From a virus (Duplodnaviria > Caudoviricetes), in IMG/VR virus record IMGVR_UViG_3300032243_000848, positions 1 through 26,030 of that record: a DNA stretch of 26,030 bases; one strand, given 5' to 3'. This document shows positions 6,447 through 14,083 of the stretch, one piece after another. Position numbers and translations under genes: made by a program. The notes beneath the pieces were generated by a model. It did not search any database. It saw only the letters and a program-made list of their open reading frames with translations, and was not told the origin of the DNA. Each line of letters starts with the position of its first letter. Position 1 is the first letter of the stretch.

Positions 6447-6596
6447 CTGTGTTGCCACAGGATATGACGGGGTCAGTACCCCGACCAGTCATTTATACTT
6501 GTGTGTTCTCTCCACACGTTCATCCGACTGTCCGCCCATTTGCTAGTTATTTGAGTGTCTAGCGTGGATCTCGTTTCCACTTTTTAACACTATATC
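6446..6596 (-). ncRNA. Putative multibranch structured RNA
   Basis: Hairpins GTGGA/TCCAC, GCTAG/CTAGC, GTGTG/CACAC, GGGGT/ACCCC and CCTGTG-GCAA-CACAGG; no ORF. Confidence 0.5.
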
Positions 6597-6734
6597 TCAA
6601 GTGCGAAGTTCTTTTTTAGCAAGTCCTTTTTGAACTGCCATTTGCTTCTGAACACGTTCGACTTTTTGCCTAATCAACTTGTCAAGTTGTTCTGCGGTCA
6701 ATGTGTGCTCAGTAGTCCATTTGATTTCGCGCAT
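6597..6734 (-). CDS. Small basic hypothetical protein (~45 aa)
   Basis: The track start (TTG 6779) lies in the terminator U-tract; in-frame ATG 6734 gives MREIKWTTEHTL...; weak SD. Confidence 0.4.
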   Translation of the reverse strand: MREIKWTTEHTLTAEQLDKLIRQKVERVQKQMAVQKGLAKKELRT

Positions 6735-6771
6735 TTTTTTATTAATATCTGCTTTCAAATTTTTATCCTTT

Positions 6772-6807
6772 AAAAACAAAAAACCCTAGGGGTTTAATCC
6801 TAGGGTC
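6772..6807 (-). terminator. Intrinsic terminator of the attenuator
   Basis: ACCCTAGG-ATTAAACC-CCTAGGGT followed by TTTTTGTTTTT. Confidence 0.85.
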
Positions 6808-6858
6808 CTTGGAGTTTGCGAATAAGTTATTAAGTTATTCTTGTCCCTCCTGGACCCT
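6802..6858 (-). promoter_or_regulatory. Antiterminator hairpin mutually exclusive with the terminator
   Basis: AGGGTCC-A-GGAG (6847-6858) pairs with CTCC-AA-GGACCCT (6802-6814), which includes the terminator 5' arm. Confidence 0.75.
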
Positions 6859-6975
6859 GGTACCCTCTAACGGTGTGCGATCGTTTTTTAGACTAATTAC
6901 AGACCAATAGGTGGGCGCGAAGCCTGCCTGTTTGGCCAAACAATTAATTAAATGTGACGATCCGATTTTTTTCAT
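6835..6975 (-). CDS. Putative attenuator leader peptide containing all 20 amino acids
   Basis: MKKIGSSHLINCLAKQAGFAPTYWSVISLKNDRTPLEGTRVQEGQE*, 46 codons; starts ~2-3 nt after the predicted TSS; last codons overlap the antiterminator 5' strand. Confidence 0.75.
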   Translation of the reverse strand: MKKIGSSHLINCLAKQAGFAPTYWSVISLKNDRTPLEGTRVQEGQE

Positions 6976-6983
6976 ATGTGTCT

Positions 6984-7012
6984 ATTGTAGTTTATTTATG
7001 CTTTGTTGTCAA
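6984..7012 (-). promoter_or_regulatory. sigma70 promoter with embedded late box
   Basis: TTGACA(7007-7012)-17 nt-TACAAT(6984-6989); CATAAATA at 6993-7000. Confidence 0.8.
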
Positions 7013-7056
7013 CAACTTTTGGTAAGATCAAAATATTTGTACTTTTGTTTTAAACT

Positions 7057-7140
7057 TGGTACGCCGAGAGGGACTTGAACCCTCAATCCTTACGGCGGCA
7101 GATTTTAAGTCTGCTGTGTATACCATTCCACCACAGTCGC
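7057..7140 (-). tRNA. tRNA-Leu(TAA) with imperfect acceptor stem
   Basis: GCAGA-CTTAAAA-TCTGC, GAGGG-TTCAAGT-CCCTC, ACCA end; acceptor GCGACTG/TCGGCGT has two mismatches. Confidence 0.75.
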
Positions 7141-7194
7141 ATTTTCAATACTGTCTATTCAATGCACCCCAAGCCAGCCATTGTAAAGATGTAG

Positions 7195-7229
7195 GAGTCG
7201 CCTGCTCTGACCAACTGAGCTATCAGCGC
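7195..7229 (-). pseudogene. 5' half of a tRNA (Ile2/Met CAT-like), truncated in the anticodon loop
   Basis: GCGCTGA-TA-GCTC-AGTTGGTCA-GAGC-A-GGCGA-CTC then unrelated sequence; no T-arm or CCA. Confidence 0.6.
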
Positions 7230-7238
7230 AATGTATCT

Positions 7239-7267
7239 AGTATAGTGTATTGTTTAATTGTTGTCAA
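7239..7267 (-). promoter_or_regulatory. sigma70 promoter
   Basis: TTGACA-17 nt-TATACT immediately upstream of the half-tRNA. Confidence 0.7.
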
Positions 7268-8769
7268 TAGACTATCATAAAACCAGGTAAATTATTTCCT
7301 GGTATATGACTTGGTGCGTGATACTGGAACTTAAATCCCAGATCTGAGAACGGCTTACTGGACGCAACAACACCACCTGTGCTGGTAATGTCTAAACGTC
7401 CCAAGTATGCAGGACTTTGATTAACAATGTTGGTCATCATCTCTGCGTATTGATTGGCGTCGCTGCCTTTAGTAACTAAATTCAATGTGCCCACACCCAC
7501 TGCATAAGTTAGAATGTCGGTCATTGCCTTAACCGGGTTGGCTTTGAAACTGGGGTATCCAGCTTCTTTTTCTGCTTTGAGTTCCTTGGCTTTACCCATA
7601 TAGTAGTTACCGTCAGCAGGCAATCCAGTTGGCTTGCCCCAGTTGCCAGCAGTCATAGCAGGATAAACCTTTTTAAGGAATTTACCGTAGGATTCTTTTC
7701 CGTTGTCTGTGCCAAAAGTATTTTCAACTAGCGTACTTAATTCAGACCAGTTGGTAAAGTCAGCACCTAAAATACCTGTCAAGGTCACATACTCGGGAAC
7801 TTTGACAAAGGCTGCACCACGAATGATCTTGTCCACATTCTTACCGCCAGCCGCTGGATGATATCCTTTGAACAACTGGAATAGTGCTTGAACTTTTTCG
7901 CTTTCTTCACTTTTTTCTTTACCTATCTTATCTTCGTAACTGTCCATCAGGTCACTGATACTGGCAAAACTAGTTCCACTGCCTGTTAGACTTTTAACGC
8001 TGTAACGATTCTGTCCAACAATAACGTCAATCAACGGATAGTTACCTTCGGCAGGAAATTCAATTTTCTCCCCTCCCTTGGCAAACATCAGCGGAGCAAG
8101 AATCTCCCCAAAGTCCACACTAATTTGATTACGTGCTTTATCCCCCAACTTGGCATTTAGTTCAGGAGCTAGTTGTCCTTGGCCACCTGCGGCTGCAATG
8201 TCAATCAATTGATTTAGTATCGCTGTTAGATCAGGGCGTGTTTTTGTTTTGACTGCTATTGCAGCCTTGGCCGATGTCACCAACGATGCTTTGGTATAGG
8301 GTCTGGTGGCCAATCCCAACTCCACGGGAGTCAGCTCTTTTTTACCAACGCTAATACTACCATCTTCCCCACCAGTACCAGCCACAACCATTGTGTAAAT
8401 TACTTCTTGGGCCTGCTGTTTTTCTTGTGGGATCTTGTGTTGTTTATTGGCTGGAATATCTACCAGTGCTTGACTGCCAGTACTAAATGAAAGAATGTTG
8501 GCTCTATACTGTCCGCTGATGGGCAACTGTTCTGGTTCCGGGGGCAATGGATCCAATCCCAAACTGGCAAAATATGACAGTATAGCTGGCTTTTCTGCAC
8601 CTTTGATACGAATGTAGAACACAGGACTGACTGCTTTTTTCTCTACTTCAAAACGATAACCAGGCATCTGTTTCATCAGCTCATTGGCCAAATGTTGCAT
8701 TTCCGCTTTGGTAGCGTATCTTGCATCCACTGCCAGGTCTTCGTTTAGGGAAAATTCGTTAAATCTCAT
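7264..8769 (-). CDS. Hypothetical protein, possibly virion-packaged, with PD-(D/E)xK-like motif
   Basis: N-terminal MRFNEFSLNE; FGEIL...NYPLIDV...YSVK; CTAAATA late box at 8789-8795. Confidence 0.8.
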   Translation of the reverse strand: MRFNEFSLNEDLAVDARYATKAEMQHLANELMKQMPGYRFEVEKKAVSPVFYIRIKGAEKPAILSYFASLGLDPLPPEPEQLPISGQYRANILSFSTGSQALVDIPANKQHKIPQEKQQAQEVIYTMVVAGTGGEDGSISVGKKELTPVELGLATRPYTKASLVTSAKAAIAVKTKTRPDLTAILNQLIDIAAAGGQGQLAPELNAKLGDKARNQISVDFGEILAPLMFAKGGEKIEFPAEGNYPLIDVIVGQNRYSVKSLTGSGTSFASISDLMDSYEDKIGKEKSEESEKVQALFQLFKGYHPAAGGKNVDKIIRGAAFVKVPEYVTLTGILGADFTNWSELSTLVENTFGTDNGKESYGKFLKKVYPAMTAGNWGKPTGLPADGNYYMGKAKELKAEKEAGYPSFKANPVKAMTDILTYAVGVGTLNLVTKGSDANQYAEMMTNIVNQSPAYLGRLDITSTGGVVASSKPFSDLGFKFQYHAPSHIPGNNLPGFMIVY

Positions 8770-8899
8770 ATTTTTTAAGTCTATATCCTATTTAGTTAAC
8801 TTTTGGCTATTATACACGCTAATTCAATTGTTGAACACCACTCAGTATAAATACTATTAGTAGAAACCATTAGTTGTCTACAATTCAAAGGAAAAACAA

Positions 8900-9064
8900 A
8901 TGCAAATTTTAAAATGGATCAAAAATCTGTTTACAACACCATCTTACCAAGATGACATTGAGTATTATGTAACCAGCAAGCAACCAAAATCAACTGCTGA
9001 AGTCGAGTATTGGGTACAACACTATACCTACCACAAGCACAATACAGGGGGTTGGGCACTATGA
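8900..9064 (+). CDS. Small hypothetical protein (54 aa)
   Basis: MQILKWIKNLFTTPSYQDDIEYYVTSKQPKSTAEVEYWVQHY...; AAGGA SD; TATAAATA at 8846-8853. Confidence 0.65.
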   Translation: MQILKWIKNLFTTPSYQDDIEYYVTSKQPKSTAEVEYWVQHYTYHKHNTGGWAL

Positions 9065-9153
9065 AGAAGTTTTTAAATTCAGTTTACGACTTTTTAGTAG
9101 TCTACGGTGAACACAAAGCCAAGTTGGCCATCAAGCACCGCTGGTATTACTAA
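9061..9153 (+). CDS. Small hypothetical peptide (30 aa)
   Basis: ATGA overlap with the previous ORF, AGGGGG SD; MKKFLNSVYDFLVVYGEHKAKLAIKHRWYY. Confidence 0.5.
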   Translation: MKKFLNSVYDFLVVYGEHKAKLAIKHRWYY

Positions 9154-9910
9154 CCCGTTCGATATCTTCTTCGAAGCAATTAGTACCATACTGTATTTCT
9201 ATCAGCTTTAAAGGCTTGTCAGTTTCGTTACACAACTGATGCCATTCATTGAGACGAATATAGGTACTTTGGTGTGCAGTCATTTCGCAAAGAATATCTT
9301 GGTCACTGCTTTTATCTAATGTATAAACTGTGGCCTGGCCTTCTGCCACAAACCAAAATTCTGCACGATGTTCGTGCCGTTGCATACTAAGACAAGTTTT
9401 AGGCATAACTGTCAGCTCTTTAAGTTTGACTCCGGGTCCTGAGGTATGTAGTATGCGATAGTAGCCCCACGCACGTTCTGTCTTGGGTGCTTTCCACTCT
9501 TCAAGGATCCAGCTGCTGCTGTTCTTTTTATCTTCACCGCCCACGCCAAACACAAACTCCAGATTGCTGTCCACTAGATCCATTTCAGGAATATTTGCGG
9601 CTGTACGGTCACCGCCATTGGCAAAGATAATGTGATCATCAGGGTAATGAGCTCGGACTTGTTGAATGAAATGTTTGGCTGAACCATCACTGTCGTCAAA
9701 TGTGTAAACTTCATTGACCATAGAGAGATTATTAATTATACATAATCTTTCATTCCACGGCATAAAAGATCGACCTTTTTTACATCCTAACCATTCGTCG
9801 CTGTTTAATCCAACAATCAATATGTCGCCCAGGGTCTTGGCCTGTTTAAAATATGCAATATGCCCACTATGTAGCGGATCAAAACCGCCTGTTACTAATA
9901 CAATTTTCAT
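9131..9910 (-). CDS. HxGH cytidylyl/adenylyltransferase fused to a mannose-6-phosphate isomerase (type II)-like cupin
   Basis: TGGFDPLHSGH, ANGGDR, NSSS; C-terminal ERAWG...LSMQRHEHRAEFW...IEIQYG..EEDIER. Confidence 0.9.
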   Translation of the reverse strand: MKIVLVTGGFDPLHSGHIAYFKQAKTLGDILIVGLNSDEWLGCKKGRSFMPWNERLCIINNLSMVNEVYTFDDSDGSAKHFIQQVRAHYPDDHIIFANGGDRTAANIPEMDLVDSNLEFVFGVGGEDKKNSSSWILEEWKAPKTERAWGYYRILHTSGPGVKLKELTVMPKTCLSMQRHEHRAEFWFVAEGQATVYTLDKSSDQDILCEMTAHQSTYIRLNEWHQLCNETDKPLKLIEIQYGTNCFEEDIERVSNTSGA

Positions 9911-9964
9911 CGAAAACCTTTTTGATAAAATATTTATAAATTGGAATTCGCTGTTAAATATTTT

Positions 9965-10753
9965 ATGCGTCCCATTATAATCACTACCCCAAGAACTGGC
10001 TCAACACTGATTTGTGAACTGTTGTTTAACATTGCCGCCCATAGATTCAAATATAAAAATAATCTGGGGGAATACTTTACCATAACAACACTATACAAGG
10101 CAGATTATCAAAAAGTCAACGGTTTAATTAGATCAGTCAGTGCTCAACGATCTGATTATGACAGAAGTAAGGCCACAAATGATTCAGATGACGTTAGACT
10201 TACTGCTCTTAAATTAGCTGAACGACCAACAATACTACATAGAATAGAATTACTGCGTAATGATCCGTTGTATATGATAAAATTGTTTTCTAGTGACTTT
10301 ACCCCTGATATTTTAGACTTTGTTACCAACACATACGATCTAATATACTTAGAACGCAAAGACAAGGTAAAACAATTTTTAAGTTTTCTGGGACTAGTAC
10401 AAACCAATACAAGCCATTACACAAAAGAATCACCCAGGGCTGTTTTAAAAATAACATATGATTCCAAGTGGGCCGCGAAGTTTGTGCAGTTGGACAAACT
10501 TTATCAAGACTGTAAACATCAACACCCCGGACCTGTACTATATTACGAAGACTTTATAGCTGCTGGAGCAGACGAATCAGCTCTAATAGAACTATTAGAT
10601 TTATCTGTTACCGGTATTAAAAATAAGACTATACAAACTGTACCAACACCTTATACAACTGACATAGAAGATCTAGTTGTTAATAAAGAGGAATGGCTCA
10701 GGGACAGAGATGATTTTTTAAATCAACTCAGGCTTAATGCTCAAGGGAATTAG
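9965..10753 (+). CDS. Sulfotransferase-like protein (PAPS-binding P-loop)
   Basis: TTPRTGST 5'-PSB-like loop, LERKDKVKQFLS 3'-PB-like motif, YYED; start moved to ATG 9965, 4 nt after TTAAATA. Confidence 0.7.
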   Translation: MRPIIITTPRTGSTLICELLFNIAAHRFKYKNNLGEYFTITTLYKADYQKVNGLIRSVSAQRSDYDRSKATNDSDDVRLTALKLAERPTILHRIELLRNDPLYMIKLFSSDFTPDILDFVTNTYDLIYLERKDKVKQFLSFLGLVQTNTSHYTKESPRAVLKITYDSKWAAKFVQLDKLYQDCKHQHPGPVLYYEDFIAAGADESALIELLDLSVTGIKNKTIQTVPTPYTTDIEDLVVNKEEWLRDRDDFLNQLRLNAQGN

Positions 10754-11485
10754 TTCAGGGATTTGAAACGTAGTACGCCATAATGTGCGCTCATCTATGC
10801 TGACCAATTTATCGCGCTGGTGGCACGTGGTATGGTTGTTAGATATAATTAAATCGCCCGGTGACCAACGATGTTCTATAACATTCTCTTTGGCCTGTAC
10901 TTCTTGATATAGTTTATCTAGAGAATCATTATAGTCAGTGACCCATAGTTTTTGTATGTTTACTATTTCTTGATTGGTGTAAGGATCAACCGTTACCAAT
11001 GGCATTCTATTAGGCGCCCAGCTGACCTTATAATTAGACTGATATTCTATTTCTATATTGTCTGCCTTGACAAATGTCTTATCATAGTAACTTGTACTAC
11101 TGGTTTCGTTGGGACTTATAGTATGTGCGTATAGGATTCTAGGAGGCATTGTACCACCTGGCAATTGCCAAGGACGATGAGCAATGTCGCTGTGCCAAGG
11201 TACCCATATATCTTCTAATACACCGCGACCTTTGTTATTGACCAATGTAATAATTTCAGATCCAAGCAAACTATAGGGTTTCTCATCGGATAGAATTCCA
11301 TCGTCTGAGTTATACCAAACACTACCTAACATTTCTGTAACCCGCTCTAAATCACGTGCAGATATATCTTGTTGTCGAAAGATCACAACTTTATACTGGC
11401 CAATTAAATCAACCAGTGTACTACGAACATAGTCGGTTATTTTTCCAGCCGCTTGTATACCAAAGTGTGGCTTTAATTTAATCAT
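10718..11485 (-). CDS. TauD/TfdA-family 2OG-Fe(II) dioxygenase
   Basis: VVIFRQQ, WHSD, HRWSPGDLIISNNHTTCHQR, RTLWR. Confidence 0.85.
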   Translation of the reverse strand: MIKLKPHFGIQAAGKITDYVRSTLVDLIGQYKVVIFRQQDISARDLERVTEMLGSVWYNSDDGILSDEKPYSLLGSEIITLVNNKGRGVLEDIWVPWHSDIAHRPWQLPGGTMPPRILYAHTISPNETSSTSYYDKTFVKADNIEIEYQSNYKVSWAPNRMPLVTVDPYTNQEIVNIQKLWVTDYNDSLDKLYQEVQAKENVIEHRWSPGDLIISNNHTTCHQRDKLVSIDERTLWRTTFQIPELIPLSIKPELI

Positions 11486-11934
11486 AAGGTAATGTCTTCC
11501 ATACCAGCAGTACGGAGTCGGGCCACGTGACCTAACATAAAGTTTTTACTTTCCAGACCTTTCATTAGACCTAGCCACTTGTTACGCACTAGTGCTACTT
11601 CATTAATGATAGTTTCAAAGTCAATGACTTCATCTTCTCCGTCCACATACTTCTCTGCATCACGGCTAGTTAACGCACGATTATAACTTTCAAGATATTT
11701 CTTAAAATGTCTAGTGCGGATCTTACGCAATTGAATATTGAGATAGTTTAATACTGCTTCAATTTCTTGTAGTTGATTAAATCTATGCTCAGTGGTGCCA
11801 GGCAATCCTGCAATGTTACGTTCTAAATGTCCTTTAACACTACAATCGTACTTGGCTTCTACCAATTCATTTTCATAGTAGTTGATAAAATCTGGTATGT
11901 TGCCTAGATCAGCAACAATTTTACTATACCACAT
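11482..11934 (-). CDS. uvsY: UvsY-like recombination mediator
   Basis: Helical 150 aa; RDAEKYVDGEDEV...KGLESKNFMLGH..RLR.AG; downstream of uvsX. Confidence 0.8.
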   Translation of the reverse strand: MWYSKIVADLGNIPDFINYYENELVEAKYDCSVKGHLERNIAGLPGTTEHRFNQLQEIEAVLNYLNIQLRKIRTRHFKKYLESYNRALTSRDAEKYVDGEDEVIDFETIINEVALVRNKWLGLMKGLESKNFMLGHVARLRTAGMEDITL

Positions 11935-12164
11935 TAATCCTCGTAGCCTTCATCCTCGTAGTCTTCTTCCACTTCGCCGGCGTATTCTTGATAACTGCGT
12001 TTAGTGTATGCGTCGATTCCGCTAAACTCTTTTAGTTCTACGTCACCTAGCACGTCAACTAAAATGCTCATCAAGTTATCGCTGGCTTCTTGCCTGTCCT
12101 TTTGGGGGACATACTGCTTGAGAGTAGAATATGTTTCTACTAGGACATCTACTTCGATACTCAT
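11934..12164 (-). CDS. Acidic hypothetical protein
   Basis: 76 aa, translationally coupled between uvsX and uvsY. Confidence 0.75.
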   Translation of the reverse strand: MSIEVDVLVETYSTLKQYVPQKDRQEASDNLMSILVDVLGDVELKEFSGIDAYTKRSYQEYAGEVEEDYEDEGYED

Positions 12165-13240
12165 TCTTCGGGTTCCTCTACTGGGTCTTCAACGGAAGTC
12201 TTTTTATCGAACTTGTGTGGATTGGCTGTAATGTCTGTCATTACCCGATCCAAACTACTGTTATCATTACGTTCCCACGCCTTGCGGAATTGTTTGATTT
12301 CAGTGCCGTCTGTTAGTGTGTATTTAAGACTATTGCCTTCTTTTGCCAATAATCCTTTGCCTTCAACTAGATCAACTAATCCGCTATATGGGTTCATACC
12401 TGTTTCGTAAGGGATTTTAATTTGTACGCTTTCAAAAGGTTTGGCATAGCGTGTCTTCATAATCTTGCAGGCTGCACGAATGCCTTTGACTTCGCTGATC
12501 TTGTTGCCATCTTCATCTTCTTTTAGTTTGAGTTTACGCATAGCAACTACAATACTACTAGCGTAGATAAAACCTTGTCCTCCACTAATTTTGTCATCTG
12601 GATCAAACATATCTTGGCTAGCATAAGTGTGGTTAGTACAAACTAATCCCAGATTTAAATCACCAAACATATTAACACAGTTACGCACCAATGCTGTTAA
12701 TGCCTTGGGCTTACGGCCCATATCACCTTTCAAATCACCTGCTTGGAACTGATTAACGTCTGTTGGCGTTAGTAACATACCCAAACTGTCTAATACAAAT
12801 AAGACTTTGGGACGCGACTCTTCTGCCAGTGCTTTGTACTCTTTGACAAACTCACTGATCATTTTGGCCACATCATCAATCATTGCCATATTAAGTTTAA
12901 GGAGTTTGTCTTCACTTGTATCGACACCGAGAGCGTGTAACCACGCTTCATCGAGTGCGTTTTCAGTATCGATGAGAATAGGGTAAATGCCTTGTTCCTG
13001 TGCGTTCTTAACGAGATTTCCGGAGCATATAAAGCTCTTTCCCGCACCAGACTCACCAGCAAACACTGTAACCTTACCCATTGGGATACCACGATTAAAA
13101 TCTCCACTAATAAGATAGTTAAGAGCGTAGTTGTTGGTTGAGATCCAGTCTGTGGGATCGTTAAAACCAACGGAGATTCCATCAATACTTTTAGTGATGC
13201 TTTTACGAAATTTGCTAACATCAAATGGTTTTGTTGCCAT
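12161..13240 (-). CDS. uvsX: UvsX/RecA-like recombinase
   Basis: Walker A GESGAGKS, IDTENA, VLDSLG, TNHTY, SGGQG..YASS. Confidence 0.95.
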   Translation of the reverse strand: MATKPFDVSKFRKSITKSIDGISVGFNDPTDWISTNNYALNYLISGDFNRGIPMGKVTVFAGESGAGKSFICSGNLVKNAQEQGIYPILIDTENALDEAWLHALGVDTSEDKLLKLNMAMIDDVAKMISEFVKEYKALAEESRPKVLFVLDSLGMLLTPTDVNQFQAGDLKGDMGRKPKALTALVRNCVNMFGDLNLGLVCTNHTYASQDMFDPDDKISGGQGFIYASSIVVAMRKLKLKEDEDGNKISEVKGIRAACKIMKTRYAKPFESVQIKIPYETGMNPYSGLVDLVEGKGLLAKEGNSLKYTLTDGTEIKQFRKAWERNDNSSLDRVMTDITANPHKFDKKTSVEDPVEEPEE

Positions 13241-13270
13241 AATTTTTTTCCTTTATACAGATTGTTATTT

Positions 13271-14083
13271 TCATATCAGAGATATTTCTTTTATATATCT
13301 ATGTTTATTGAGTTTTTCTTTTGATTCGACTAAATTATCTACTTGACCTAACGGTATCTTTCCGTGCCCCAATCGTTTATTATAAGGATCTATGCCTTGA
13401 TTTGTCAACCAGTTTAAATATCCGTCGGTATTGCCATAAGGATTGTAATCATCAAACATTAAAAGAGCTTCTCCGCTGTAGTAATGTAAATTTTTATATC
13501 CTTTATAATCTATAGGAAGACGATCTTTATACAAATCTAAAAAGTCTTTGCCTAACTCTGCATAGTTTAAAAACAGGGTGCCGGCCGGTTGTTTAAATTC
13601 AAAAAATTCATAATCTGCAGATTCAAAAGGAATTCTCCTATATTGATCTTTATCGAAGCTGATAAAAAATTGCGTACGATTTAAATTTTTGCTTTCTAAT
13701 TTATGTACAAAAAAATTTAAATCACGTATGGCTTCTTTTAACTCTTTGGGTGCAATGGCAAATAGTCTTGTTGGTTTTCCGAACTCGCCCGACAGTTGTT
13801 CAAATTTTAAATGCAAATAGTTTAAATATTCTTGGGATTTAAAATCTTGTCGAACATCTATAAAATTTTTCAAATAGCTATTAATAGTATTGCAAGAATC
13901 TTCTATAGTTCGAGCACATTCATCAAAAGTTGAAAAACTAGCAAATGAATTACGTTGTTCGATATCACAGTTATCCAAGCACCACGATAATTCTTTGATC
14001 CATTTGGAAACAAAAGAATTATCGTTTAGCGTGATACTAATAGACTCTTCCGAGGAAGAGCCTAATGTGACCAACAATTTCAT
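13271..14083 (-). CDS. Hypothetical protein (AT-rich)
   Basis: 270-aa ORF coupled (TAATG) to the gp32 stop. Confidence 0.8.
   Translation of the reverse strand: MKLLVTLGSSSEESISITLNDNSFVSKWIKELSWCLDNCDIEQRNSFASFSTFDECARTIEDSCNTINSYLKNFIDVRQDFKSQEYLNYLHLKFEQLSGEFGKPTRLFAIAPKELKEAIRDLNFFVHKLESKNLNRTQFFISFDKDQYRRIPFESADYEFFEFKQPAGTLFLNYAELGKDFLDLYKDRLPIDYKGYKNLHYYSGEALLMFDDYNPYGNTDGYLNWLTNQGIDPYNKRLGHGKIPLGQVDNLVESKEKLNKHRYIKEISLI

Noticed and set aside
2066-7140. Stop-codon recoding or suppressor tRNAs
   Set aside because: No CTA, TTA or TCA anticodon is present, and long genes are intact in the standard code.
7056-7280. 74-aa plus-strand ORF
   Set aside because: It is the antisense reading of tRNA-Leu and the half-tRNA.
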